DNA of 64,000 nt, from NCBI GenBank assembly GCA_965112155.1, contig OZ218107.1; one strand, written 5' to 3'. Position numbers and translations under genes: made by a program. Shown here one piece after another: positions 26,377-40,156 of the stretch (positions are counted from its first letter, which is position 1; the number at the start of each line of letters is the position of its first letter). The DNA is from Podarcis liolepis (Eukaryota). The notes under the pieces were generated by a model that was given only the letters and a program-made list of their open reading frames with translations, had not been told where the DNA came from and did no database searches.

Positions 26377-27690
26377 TGTTTAGGGAAGCGGCCATTGCTT
26401 ACTGGCTACATGCACAGGTTCAGTTCCCAGCATCTGCAGGTAGCTAGTAAAGACCCCTGTCTGGAAAGCTATTGCCAGCAGTGCAGACGACACTGAGCTA
26501 GATGGATCGGTGGTGGGCTTTGAGGGGAAAACCAACACACCTCCTATGCGCCAAAGGCTTCTTTTGTGTGGTGGTGATATTCTTTGTTTTTACTTTAAAG
26601 CAACCCAAAAGGGTCTCCTTCTGATGGGCGTAATGGATCACTGGCATTAGGAGGAAGAGGAGTTGAACCCTTTCCCTATTCTATTTTTCCAATATAAAAA
26701 AAAGAATCCCATTCCCCAAAGATGGTATTAGGTCTGCTGCGTTGGGTGGGGGGTAGATTCAAGCATCTGAAACACCTCTGTATTTTCCCTCAAGGAGGGC
26801 AAAGAGCAGTGGGAATCAGAGTAGGACTTAGATTGGAATCAGCTTGGGTAGAACTTGCCAATTACCACCACCCCCATTTTTCTTAAAAGTTGGCAGCGTG
26901 GTGGTAGAGGAACCCTGATCATAGCTCTGCCACATCACATCTGTTTCCAGCTTCAGAGTGGGTGTGCATGCTTTAGCATGGGAGGAAACAGCAGAGACAG
27001 AAAAGGTTAAACAGCTTGCTAAAGAGAAAGTGCCCAATGGCTTCTAGGAACAAGACTATCCTGTTTATGAGTAGTGCACTTGCAGGCTGAGAAATGGGGA
27101 CATTTCCTGGAAAACAACTGGACGTAGTTGGGTTCCTATTAATAGGATTTAATCAGGACTTTCGAGAAAGATGCCTCTCAACTTTTGAACCGTTCCATCT
27201 AAAGGATGACATGAGCAGCGGACATTTTAAGTGTGCTAATCAAGAGTATTTGCAAGCCATTGTTCTCTGTGTGGATTCTACATTTTCTGAGAACTCAAAT
27301 ATTTGCTTCTAATAAGGAACCTGAACGCTGACGCATATTCAACAAACAAGGATATAGAAACCGGTGCCAGAACCATGGAAATTAGTCACTGACTTCTTCC
27401 ACAGTGAATGCTTTCATTAAAAGCTGATCAACCTTTTCTCCTTTGAGGCAAAGGGAATCATGAAGGCTATACATAGGTTATCATTCTACCTGATAGTAAA
27501 GTTGGAGGTATGAAATGGATAAGAACAATCTTTATGAAAGCGGTTAGTCCTTTCTAAACTAGATTTTAATTAAACAATAATAATAATACAATTTGTTGTA
27601 TTAGTCATATCATGAAACAATAAGCACTATGCGGTCTACTTTTCAAATATTTGGGCACAATACAGTATTTCTGATTTTTTAGAAACTCAC

Positions 27691-27798
27691 ATTGTAATAG
27701 TCTTTCATTTCTTCTTTCATTTTAGGGACATCAAGCAACAAAGACCAGACTTCACCTCTCAGCTGCAGTGGAATTCCTTTATAAATTCTCCTATGAAA
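27691..27798 (-). CDS. USP6NL: USP6NL exon, start of TBC domain: [36 protein letters not shown]
   Basis: ttacacag|TTTCAT...TACAAT|gtgagt; 108 nt; GIPxxxRxxxW TBC motif. Confidence 0.97.
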
Positions 27799-28040
27799 CT
27801 GTGTAAATAAACAAATAACATCAAGCAGAAGTAAACCAGAAAAGATTTGACGTGGTAACTATACCAAGATCTATAGCCTGGAAACAAAGTAAATGGTATT
27901 ATTAATTTAGACAGAAGTGGCCTGTGTTTGTGTGTACGCGCATGACAGTTTCAATGATATTCTCTCTTTGTTGAATCAGTAGGTGTGCCATGCACTGAAA
28001 AGTATCTGAAAAAAGGAGGAAGGGGTAATGTGAGGAATTA

Positions 28041-28395
28041 CAGTGGTGCCTCGCAAGACGAAATTAATTCGTTCCGCGAGTCTTGTCGTGTTGCGATTTT
28101 TTTCGTCTTGCGAAGCACGGTGTCGGAAAAGTTTTGGAAAAGCTTCAAAAATCACCAAAGTCTTCAAAAACCTCAAAAAAGGCTACCACACCGCGTGCTA
28201 TGAGTTGCTCCTCGAAGTCAAGTCGCAACTGTATTAACGGTTTTAAGAAAAAGGAAATAAACTTGCAAGACGTTTCCGTCTTGCGAAGCAAGCCCATAGG
28301 GAAAATCGTCTTGCGAAGCAACTCAAAAAAACAAAAACCCTTTTGTCTAGCGAGTTTTCCGTCTTGCGAGGCATTCGTCTTGCGAGGTACCACTG
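28041..28395. mobile_element. Tigger/pogo-like MITE, CpG-rich (probably young)
   Basis: TA|CAGTGGTGCCTCGCAAGACGAA ... TTCGTCTTGCGAGGTACCACTG|TA; internal repeats of cgtcttgcga. Confidence 0.9.
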
Positions 28396-31300
28396 TATAA
28401 GGGAAACAGTTGCTCTGCCATGTGGGTTCACAGAAGGTAATCAGATGTGCTCCCTAACAGACCTTTTTGGCTGCAGTTTGAGCACTCATACAAGACCACT
28501 GATTTTGCTCCTTAAAAAAAAAAAAGTTCTTTTATTTGTGTAAACAGCAATTTTCGGGGGGAGAGAATCAATAGGGTCACATATACATATATGGTCAAAC
28601 CAGAGCCTTGATCACCACCATTCATCACAATATGTCACCTGTCACCACTACTTATAACTTGCCAGCTACTATTGTTATGGCCAGCGGCAAAATGAAATTG
28701 AGTTGAACTGCGAACAGTGTGATGTCTCCAAAGACAATGGTGCAAAACGTGGCAATATAAATACAGGACATGATGCCAGGATTGAAAGAGCAGCCATATA
28801 TGAACCACGCTAGATTAATTTGACACAGGTGTCCTCTCCTGTCTTCAACCACAAAACCACGGTCACTGGTGGACCACAGTTTGGGAGCCCCTCTTTAAAG
28901 TATAGAAAGTGGAGACTAGATTTGCATGTAGACTGCACCTTGGATGCAGCATAAGAGATATACACACACCATCAACCCCAACACTTAAGACACAGTGGTA
29001 ACTTTCCGCAGCTCCATCATATTGTGGCCTACTCCTTTCTTCCTTGCTCCTTCCTTCCTAAAGGGTCCTAATATCCACCCCCATACCCCTGTGCAGTAAT
29101 GTTCCCAAGTGTACAATGCTAAGAATGGCCATAACTTCAAAATAATTCCTACAGCTGTTTTACAATACAAAAGCTGTTTGCATAGAATACTGTGTACAAA
29201 ATTCAAAATATAAGCTAATGCAAGCATTTGGAGGGAAACCATAGTGGTTCACCATTTACACCTTTCCCCCTCCTGCCATTCTTCTGCTTGAACTCATAAG
29301 AATCTAATCAATTTTTTTAAAGTAGAGAGAATCGGAAGGCTGTTTACGCATCTCTTGTGCAACATCTAGTTGGCCCTGAAAGGCATACTGATATAGAACA
29401 CCTAGCTATATGGCTAATTGGCTGTGGGTTTCAGCTGAGATGAGTCTCACCAAAAGCACCACGTTCTGGAAGGTTAAAACAAAATCAATAACTGATTAGA
29501 CACTTAATCTCCTGGCTCCACGTAATTTACAAATCAAATGAATTCATAAAGGATTTCACAGTTATAAACCTTTAGCTGCTATGTCAAATCCTGCATAGAG
29601 GGGAAAACTAGTGGCGGATTTTGCAAGCTAGCTCTGCGGTTCAATTCCATTACATGGCGTGACTGTTACTTTTAACCTTGCAATGAAAATTAAATTATTC
29701 AAAGCAACACCCTTTCTCACAGCCACACACACAAATTAAAAAATAACTGGATGCTTAGAGTTCCAAATTATTGTAGATAATAAGTATTAGAAATCTTTCC
29801 TATTATGTGGTCATCACTTTTACCCTCGGTCACTTAGAATGTGACAACCAGAATGTAGTTCTATCCCATTGGCTGTGGAAACTGTGATTAGCTTCTTCAA
29901 AAGCCGGCTCAGACATATGGTCCGTTTGGGTGCTTATGAAGGCCCAACATCCTTTTTCTCGTGGGAGAGTAGCTCTCATATGCTCTCACACATTGCTACA
30001 CTCTGACTGTAAGGGCAGAGGTGGGTGTTCCGCATAAATGTTTGTAATGCTTCTGTACGGAAGTCACAATTGTGTGATTATTCCCCATCAGAGGGAAGAG
30101 GAAGGGAGAATTCTGATTCAGCCCTCGTGCATAGAAGCATCCTCACGAAACATCTTCATCACGTATTCCGTTATGAATATGGGGTGGGCATGTTTGCTCA
30201 GTCCTCTGCCCAGAAAAAGGGATCTTTGACCCAGGTAAGCATCTGCACTCAGCTATGGACTAAAGGAAAATCAGTACACACAGACACCAATTTCTAAAAT
30301 GTGGATATTCTCTTTCTGGTTGTAAGGGTGAACAGGATAAGGAAACAGCAGTATCTGTCATGCACACGAAGGGTAAATGAAATATAACGGATGAATCACC
30401 GCTGTCTGATGCAATTATAATTGATCAAGGCAGAATGAGGAAATGGCGGGATGCAGTGCAAACAGCTGCATCAACAGCTGCCGCGCACTCCAGGCCAAGC
30501 GGGTATCGGGCCTTGTGGGAATATGCCAGCTGTGAGCATGGTAAATCTGCTCCGATTACACAGCACTAGATGAGTGGGACAATGTTTCTCAGAAACAGCA
30601 GTTCATTAAGTTCTTTCTGAAGGGAAAAACCGAATCAGGCTTAGCTAACGTGCAATAAAACTGATCGTGATGGGGGGGAAAAGCACAGGTATTTTTAAAG
30701 AGAAAAAATGTGGCATAAAACTGGACAAATTAGATTCTTATCATAAATTTGCAAAGTGCTTTATATTCTGTGTACTTCTTCCCAACAACCCTGTGAGATA
30801 GGCCACTGTTACACCATTTCCCCACATGATGGGAAGTAAAGATGATGGTCCAGAAACGTGGCTTACGAAAATAAATATGTACGCCTTGACTTTCCATAAT
30901 CACCATAAGACCCACAACTAAATGTTTCCTTTTGCTATTTAAACTCCCAAGCTGACTGACACACACTGACTGACACACATACACACCCAACCAACCAACC
31001 AACCAACCCTTGAGACTATTCTTGGTTAGTGAATGCAATTGTGTGCACTGGAGGGGGGGATGTGTTAATTATTTTGAAACTCTAATATCACTTGCCATCA
31101 CATGTCTGCTTTAGAGTGCTGCAGCCAGATGATGATTCCTTTACAAAAATACTTTTATATTTGCAATCAGATTTGTTGTGCTTACATGTTGCTTTCAGGT
31201 GCACACTTAAAAAGGGTAACGACACTCGAGTTTGAGTGGCCTTTACAGCCAATTCCAATTCAGAAGCGAAGTCACAAAATAATGGACCATATCAAAGGCA

Positions 31301-31779
31301 TGGAAAATGTGCATTAATTGTTACTGAAAAGATTCTGAGAATTTTGAAGGGTAGTGTCGGGACAGTACTATAAGTCAAAAAGAAGCCTTCAGAGCCATGC
31401 TACAAAATTTTCCAGACTTTCCTGCAGGCTACTGACACTTAAATCTAATTGATCTTGTTCTCCAAAAAGGAAGTCCTTTATTACAGACAGATGTTACCAG
31501 ATTCTGGCTTAAAAAAAGGAAAACCAAACTGGATTAAGGATTCCCACTGCCTGTCTCAGATTTCAGAGACACAGAAAAGACTGAGAAAATCTTATAAGCT
31601 GCCAATATTGAGGGTATATTCTTCGAAGGAAGAAAAACACCCTTTTGTTGGCACTGGCTTAGCTGATACAAGAGATTTTTTAAAAAATGTCTTTATGGGA
31701 ACGAAATGAAGGCCATGCAATCACAAGGAAACAGGCAGGGTGAAATCCAGCTGTGGCTGCAGCCTCACCCTGAGCCTAG

Positions 31780-31935
31780 CTCTGTTCTGCATGTGGAAGG
31801 TTGAATTCCTGGCATCTCCAGGTGGGGCCAGGATTCTCTGCAGCCTCAAGCCCTCTACAGTCACAACCTGTCTGGGCAGACAATACTGAGTTAGATGGAT
31901 CAATGGTCTGACTTGGTGTAAGGCAGATTCCTATG
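31780..31935 (+). mobile_element. tRNA-derived SINE (Squam3-like)
   Basis: cctggcatctccagg...caatactgagttagatggatcaatggtctgacttggtgtaaggcagattcctatgt. Confidence 0.75.
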
Positions 31936-34900
31936 TTCGGGGTATTTTTTAAGAAGAGGAGAAGAAGAGCCCTGCAGGAACAGACCAAAGGTCAGTCTCC
32001 TGCAGCTTCCTGCTTCCCACAGCAGCCAACCAGATGGCTCTGGAAAACTGCAGAAGAAGCAGTGTGTGCAAGTAATGACCCTCTCCTGTTGTGGCTCCTG
32101 CTGCCGCCTCCAATCTTTGAGGTTCTATCAGGCTATTACGGTGGGGCACACCTGGCTGTAATCTAGTTCTGTAAACTCCCCACGGTGGTACATTTTCTGC
32201 CAATAGCCACCATGAAACAACAGCAGCAGCGTAACATCGTTTTGTAATAATTTTCATCTCAGAAATCTTTCCTTTGCATACTGTGGTTCCTATTTTAAAT
32301 TGTTTCTGGATATTGTTTACTATTTTGGTTATGTCTTTATACTCATCGCTGGCTGCTCTGGGCATCTCCATTGTAGGCGGGAAGAGGCTTATTATAGGAA
32401 GCCAAACAAAATATGTAAGTATTTTCAAATGCAAGGCCTTTCCAGTTTTCCACAAGTATTCCCAACCATGCAATGGAATATTTCTGTCAATAGCTTGATA
32501 CCATTCAATTATATAATGTTCTCATCTTCACATTCAGAATCATGCTCCAATATTTTAATGCACCTATTCGATAATATAGGCTTAGTTTTAAAAATAAGAG
32601 AACCTGGTTCTCAAGCATTTTTTCCCTTGTGCTAGCACTGGCAGCCATGTTCTTCTGCAAGCCTTCCAGAGCTCAAAAATCAAGGATTAGACTCTTATGT
32701 TTCATAATGACTGAAATGAACATCTCCCCAGCCATCTCCATCCCTCCAAATCATTCATGAAAAGGACAAAAAGCCCTGTGTATTCCTTTGGGGCTTCATT
32801 ATCTTGTACAAACAAGAAGCTTCACAGGTATTCTTATTTTCCTGAGTTTTTAGGAACCAAGATCTTGTTTAGCATAAGGGGGGAAATCTCAGGGTGACCA
32901 TAGAAGCTAAGGATTGAACCAGCTGCTACATCCACCTGCAAAGAGCCTCATCCTCTCTTTTTTCATCCTTTCTCTCTTTACAGCACCTGGTTTCTTACTG
33001 GACTCAAATAACCAGGAATTAACAGTTGAAATAAATTAACAGGAAACAAAGCACCAGAAATTGCTCTGGGGTCCAAGATTAAACCACGTGCTACCAATAT
33101 GGAAAGTAAGCAAGCAAAATGGTGTTGGAGACACAGAATAGTATCCAGCTAACTCGTTCTATCACTGCAAGGATTTCTAACTTGTGCCACGGCACTCCTC
33201 TAACCCCCATACACCCACTAAATATGTTCTGGGGTTTCCCCCAGCCTTCCAGAGCAGATATTGGGGGGCTGTGGGGGGTGTAGGTGGAGGGAGTTCTGTT
33301 CCATAAGCAGAATTCCTTCCACTGACATGATGTGTTAGCTAGAAACTGCCCACAGAGAGGGTTGGAAGGACTAATCAGTGTTCTCTTTGCCACTTGTTAT
33401 TGTTTGTATATGTTTTGCTGGATCCATTTTTAATTTTGATTCTTCTTGTAAGCTTGGTTACATGGCGTTATCTAAATACAATAAATATACAGAAGTGATC
33501 TGCAAGTGGCTGTAGCAGCTGCTAGAACCCATAGCTACTACAGTCACGTGGAGGCTTCATGCCATATGGAGCCTCATTCATTGACTTCTGTGTGAATCAG
33601 AGATGGGACAGCGAGAGGAAGCCTTGTTGCTATCTCCTTCTGAATCTCAGAGAGGCTTTTATTTATTCTTTGGAAGCTATGGACAGGGGAATGGGGAACA
33701 AGGGGACAATTTGACACAGAGTCTCTCAATAAACTCTAAATTATTTTCAGCTACCTCAAGCCTGGCAGTTTCTCCCCCCTCCTCCCTGACGCTTCCTTAT
33801 TTCTTTTCTCTCAGTCAGAGAGCTACTCCATCAACAAGCGAGTCAGATGGCACAGCAAAGAAGACATTTGAATGTGAATACAGTGAATGACATTTTTATT
33901 CAAGGCACTCTGAAAGTTATGGTCACACCAGGACAAAAGAGGCTTTAATGCCTGCCGTGATTGATGGCTTGATATGCCCTATCTCAGCTGCAGGATATAA
34001 TTAAGATGCAAACACATAAACTCAAAGCACCAGGTCAAGAAGGGCTGTCAAGCAGCAAACAGAGAAGCAAACGTGTTGATTCCCTATGCTACTAAAGAAA
34101 GGTTGCAGGTTATTGGAGTTGGGGTGTGTGTGTGTGCATGTTAGGAAGGTGGGGTGTTGAACAAATACCTCCCTCTCTGCAATTTATATATTATGCAGCA
34201 CACAAGATTTGAGAAGTGCTTTAGAAGTTTTTGCTGCCCTTGTGCTCCAAACAATGCTGCAAGTCAAGGCAATAACTTATGCCCATTTTAGAGATAGGAA
34301 GCTGAAGTCAAAATTGAGGCTTGGCCAAGACTGCACAAGGCATATCCATTTTCAAAAACTTTGCCAAACTGGTGTGATAGGGACCATTCTAATGAAAGAA
34401 TAGTGAATGTCTCCTTCCCTTACATTCCACAGAACAGCTTTACCATCCTTAAATGCCTTTGCCAGCATTTCTCTTCCCAACTTTAGAAAAGACCAACTAA
34501 GGGAGGGAGGGGGAGGGAGGCTAAATAGTAAAACATTTTCTATAGTAAGAGCCTCCAGAGAGAAAGAGCTGTATCACAAATTGGTGCAATGTGCTTAGTT
34601 TCTGAGGTTCTTTTTCAATGTGGCACACAAAACATGTACCAGTTAATACAATTGCTGCTGTAGTAGGAGGAGGAGAATAATAATTATTTTTAAAATGGGA
34701 TTATTAAAAGGAAAGTAGTTCCAAAACATGCCCAACATGGAAATTGGGAGTTTTGAGGTCTCAAATTTTGCACTTGTACATAACTGGTTTGTGGGCAGTT
34801 AGGAAAGAATGTATGTTATTGCATCTACAGGAACCCTGTTATTCCTGTTAGATGGACACCGTTAAACATAGTGATGGTCCAAGCCCATTTCTTAGCGCTT

Positions 34901-35363
34901 TCTACCCAAATCTGATCAATCAGGATTCTGCCCTTTGGCAAAGAGAAATATGACCAAGAGCAAATTGCTATATATCCCTCCCATCTTGCAAATCTTCCTT
35001 TCCTGTACATTTCTACCCAACAGTGTAAGTCCCTTCTGTCCCACTTGGATTTCCTCCCAGACCATCTTCTCCTGCTCTTCTCTTTCCCTCAAACCTCAGC
35101 ACCTCCAACCCACTTCCTACAGACAAACTGGTGATATTTCCTGCTAGATGTGAAGCTCCTCCTTCTCCTTAGATCCTACCAAGGAAGCTTCACTGTCTGT
35201 CAACGTTCTATAGCTAGAAAGCTTCCTTTGAGCATGTAGAATGTTCACGAGCCAGTATGGCGTAACAGTTAAGAGGGTTGGACTATGACCTGTGGAAGCC
35301 AGGGTTCAAACCCCCACATCTACATCTATAAATATAAATATATAAATAAATATAAACATATAA

Positions 35364-35365
<2 letters not shown>

Positions 35366-35394
<29 letters not shown>
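35366..35394 (+). repeat. (CA)n microsatellite
   Basis: Direct reading; other (CA)n runs near 11360 and 61165-61195. Confidence 0.9.
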
Positions 35395-36354
35395 ACAGCA
35401 GGTAAAATGTTATAAATGTATTGCACTTAAGAAGCCTGGGTGAATAAAGAGGTTTTCATCTGGCACCTATGACATAAACGTTGGTGCCAAGTGAGGCTCT
35501 CTGGGAAGACTACTCTATAACCTGGGCACCATAGCCAAAAACGCCCTAGTTGGCACCTGCCTCATCTCTGAAGGCGGAGGCACTCAGCAGATCTGAAAAA
35601 TACTGGCCTACGTTGGGTTGGGTAGTAGCCACTCCTTCAGGCATTTGCATATTATTTATTTAGAGCATTTGTGCCCCGCGCGCTTCAGCCAAAAAGGCTC
35701 CCAGAATGGCTTATATAAAATCAAAACAAGGCAACCCCTACCAGCAGGATTACATTCAAATAAATAAACAAATAAGTAAATAATCTAGTCCAACCCCCTG
35801 CAATGCAAAGGGGGGGGGGTTGCCCAACATGGGGCTCAAAGCAATGACTGAGATTAAAAATATTATAGTCTGCTAACTGAGCTATAACACTGATGTACAG
35901 TAACGCATATGTATTTCCTGAAACATTATTCTTTTTGCATCAATGCCTTTCAGAATCTTGCAGCATGAGAAGATCAACACACCAGGGAGGGATTTGTGTG
36001 CACACAAGAGAGAGAGAATAGGCTGAATGTTACCAGTGAATATTAAAAAAAATATATATGCACACATTTAAGTGAAACTTCACAACTTTCTACTTGTGTT
36101 CACCATCTCCATTCCTACTGCACAATTATAAAATTGGTACTTCCTAAGCAATTATTCTTCTGCGGCTTAACTTCCAGAGCAATGAAGCTCTTGGAAACTA
36201 GCTGAATGGAAGGCTCTTTGTGCATTTGTTGTTTAAAATGAATGCTATAATGAAAGCTATGATAGAGAAAAATGAAAGGCCGGCACCACAGAATCCAATT
36301 TAATACTGTTGCATTCAGTAAATGCAACTGCCTGTGGAAGCACTTTAACTTTAC

Positions 36355-36435
36355 CTTTTCTGTGTTCTTGTATTTCTCCCAGCTTTTCAACATCTTCAGC
36401 CATTTTGTAGTTCTTTCAATTTCAAGCTGCTTTTG
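36355..36435 (-). CDS. USP6NL: USP6NL exon, [27 protein letters not shown]
   Basis: tattttcag|CAAAAG...GAAAAG|gtaaag; 81 nt; overlaps ORF 36115-36393. Confidence 0.96.
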
Positions 36436-36768
36436 CTGAAAATAAAATTAGAGTGCATTATTCCCTTCATCTCACCTGTACTAAAAAATGTTTGGACATT
36501 TACAGGCGTTTAGGAACAGACGCAGCTACGCATTTCATATCAGAAAAACCAATGGCAAAGTATTATAAATCAAATGCAAATGTTTAAGAAATACGTTGGG
36601 GTTTCTTCTCCCCAGCCTTAACATGATGCTGATCATGTCCAACCGATAGAGAGGGGTTAAGGAGGAAAAGTACATATTAAATTAGAAATTAAATTAAAAT
36701 TAAAAACACAAATATTTGCAAATAAGGCCATCTATAAATCTAAACTGAAGCAGAATTAAGCAATATGC

Positions 36769-37093
36769 CATGGGTAGGCAAACTAAGGCACGGGGGGCCA
36801 GATCCGGCCCAATCGCCTTCTAAATCCGGCCAGCAGACAGTCCAGGAATCAGCGTGTTTTTACATGAGTAGAATGTGTCCTTTTATTTAAAATGCAACCC
36901 TGGGTTATTTGTGGGACCTGCCTGGTGTTTTTACATGAGTAGAATGTGTCCTTATATTTAAAATGCATCTCTGGGTTATTTGTGGGGCATAGGAATTCAT
37001 TCACTATTATTTTTTCCGAAATATAGTCCATCCCCCCACAAGGTCTGAAGGACAGTGGACCGGCCCCCTCCTGAAAAAGTTTGCTGACCCCAG
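36769..37093 (+). mobile_element. hAT-Charlie (MER58-like) MITE
   Basis: CATGGGTAGGCAAACT ... AGTTTGCTGACCCCAG; perfect 8-bp TSD CAATATGC; homologous to 58776-59029. Confidence 0.9.
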
Positions 37094-40000
37094 CAATATG
37101 CCTTCAACTGGCAGTGACCACATGGTTGTTTCTCAGCTAGTCTTCTATTGTTTCCTCTGGCCATCAGTGACACTTTGGGGGCCTCAGGAAGAAGGCTTTC
37201 CCAGGACCTGCCTCCTGATTCCTTTAGCTGGAGATGCCAAGGGTCAGACCTGGGACTTCCTGCTTGCAGGGCTTCTGCTCTAAGTGAATGGTCCCCAAAC
37301 ATTTTTCTTCTGGATAACTTGGAAGCTGCTGGTGGTTTTGGCCAACCACTTAATTAGTTTACTGCCTGTTTAGACATTTTAATGTGCTGTGCATAATTTT
37401 TATAAAAAATCAAATGCTATTCAAATTCTCCTGCAGCCAAGCTGGTGCCAAACATATTGCCCTGCTTGCCTCTGGACCAAATCAGCGAGGGGTCTTGTCA
37501 TAGGACCTCCATACATACTGCTCAGGCTTGCACCCTGGGAGATCACTTTGGTGATCTCCATTGTGTCCCAAGACAGATTGATACCAACAGCAGCCATCCA
37601 ATGTGTAGATAAGTCAGTTTCACCCTGAACCACCCCATTCCAGAAATATCTGCTTGACTGTACATACAAAGTTTTGACTATCTCCCATATAACAACCTCC
37701 AGATTCTGACCAGTAAAAGTTACAATGAAAATTATGTACTCCGCTCTGTACTTTGCCACACCCATAGGAGATGTGGAGTTTATTTTAAATGCCACTGTGC
37801 AGCCTAATCAGAGCATTGCACTGCAAAGAGATACTAAGCAACAACAGGTTATTCCAAAGACAGACATAATTACAGTAATTTAAGACCACTTCACAATACT
37901 TAAATGGAATAGAGCCACTGTGCATGCTGTAATCTTTCCTTTTGCTGATAAATACCTATGGAAGGTTTGCATTCGTTCATCGAGCGAAGTCTACCCAACG
38001 AAAACATTTTGTAACAGTGTTTAGGAAGAGTCTTATCTGAAGCCCTACAATTTCATAGTAACTTTATATTATGTTAAGCAGAGATTCTTCCCACTAATGT
38101 GCACTCTCAGAGAAAACTGCACACACTTGACTTCCACAAGAGAATGTGTAAGAAACTAAATGTGCAGCAATGCATTTTAGTGACAGTTTTGTTCCCCTGC
38201 TAGTTGAGTGCATCATAAATTGTGGGCAACAACTGAATTTTAGCTTCTGTAGCAATGCTTCCCAAATATGCTATTCGGGACAGTTTTTTCGCTGGCTTAA
38301 AAATTGGAGAGATACTATACTCAAAAAGATTTATCAATAGCTCCCTGAGCATTTGAACAAAGTTACTTTTTCAGCTTCTGTATAGCATAGCTATAATGGA
38401 CTTCCGGTACCCTGCTCTCTCCTTTGCATATGTGAATCTGAGATCTCCCTGATCTTACAGTGACACCTGTATTTTGGAACAGTGTTACTACTGAAATCAG
38501 GCAGACACCTACAACCTTATTTTTTGGATCCCCTGGCTGCCAACAGTTTTTAGAGAATTTGCTCAGTTCAGTGTTAGTCATTCTGTATTTTATTATTTTA
38601 TTATTCTATAATCTTATGATGTTTCAATAATTTTATGGTGCACCAGCATGATATTTTTCTTATTACTTGGCAGTTTATAAACACTCCTGTAAATAAAATA
38701 AAAAATAGTCCCAAAGAGCTATTTTCATCTAATGTATCTCCCATACATTAGATGAAAATAGCTTCTGGATCTTCAGATAAGAGCAAAACTTTTCAGAGGG
38801 CATTTAAGTTAGAGAGCATCCTGGACTAGGCAGAGACCAAGTGTAATTTAAAGAGGCTTAATTAAGTAGAAGCTCAGCAAACAGCTGCAAAAAGAACACA
38901 AGTGGTTCTTCCACCTTCCCAGACTAGCAGGGCTCAGCATCCTCTTGGCAAGTGACCTTTCAGTTGATCCTAGGAGTGTTAACAGCTCTATGGGGACTGC
39001 ATAAGCTGCCTTCTTTTGAGACACTCGATGCCAAATAATCACCAAGAGCAAGGGCAGGAAAAGTAGCTCACTGCATCTGAGTAAAAAAGGCATTACTGAG
39101 AGATTTCACGAACAAGGGAATGGGTTTAATAGGAACAACTAACAGAGAGAGCTAAATTTGACTCACAGCAGCCTCAGTTGCAGCACAGCCAAGTCTAAGC
39201 ATGATGTAATCTGTGGAATGCACAGAGGGTGGTGGAATTTGTTGGCATAAGTAAGTCTTCAGCACACAAGGTTTGGGCCAAAACACCATGCAGATTGTGC
39301 AACATAAATCGATAAGAACTTGCCTCGCTATGGGAAGAAAGTGTGAGGGCTCTGACAGGGTCCTAGAGTCCTACCGCCTCCTTCCCAAAGCCGAGTTAGC
39401 ACTTGCCCAGCTGGGAAGGAGGTGGGAGGGCTCTAGGACTCTGCCAGAGTCCTCATGCCTCCTTCCTAAAGCCTGGCATGGCACCAGCGCTGAGTAAGGG
39501 ACACCAAATTTTGGCTTAGCTCGGGGCACCATCGCACCAAAGTCTGCCCCTGCGAAAACAGTACTTTCGCAGTCTTCTGTTAGAACTCAGTACAACTCAA
39601 ATGGTGGAGTACAAACTTTGCCTGCAGAAAGCCCCATGTTCAATCTCTGGCATTTGCAGGTAGCCCTGGGAATGTCCATCTGAAACTCTACAGAGTCGCT
39701 GCCAGTTACTGTTGACAAAGGAGTACCAGAGGCAGCCAATGTGGTGCTTTCCAGATATTGTTGTTATGCAACTCCCAACCACTGCCCTTGACCACTGCCC
39801 TTGCTAGTCAGAGATGGAGACCAACATGTGGAGGAGACCACGTGTACGTAGTGGTGTACATAGCATAGTATAACCAATGTTCTGCTTCAGTGTAAGACAC
39901 CTTCTGTGCACCAGCTTCAATCTACAATATCTCCAGTTACAAGTTACAGAATCGCAGGTTAAAGGGCTAGCAATGATCACTGCCTGAGACCTAGAAGAAG

Positions 40001-40156
40001 CACTCCCCGTCAGAGCAGATAGCACTAGTCTTGAGTCATGGTCTGACTCAAGACAGCTTCATACGCACAATGACCTGCCCACATATAGCTTCAGCAGTGG
40101 TACAGCACTGAGTAGAACAATCACTGGTAATTTAAAGTGAGAGATGAAGAACTTAC

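Noticed and set aside
27976-28543. Cluster of overlapping ORFs
   Set aside because: Explained by a CpG-rich palindromic MITE; no transposase motifs
31949-32473. 174-aa minus-strand ORF
   Set aside because: No recognisable domain or convincing splice context; expected by chance in 64 kb
35250-35320. tRNA-like A/B boxes
   Set aside because: Decayed SINE head; no full cloverleaf or acceptor stem
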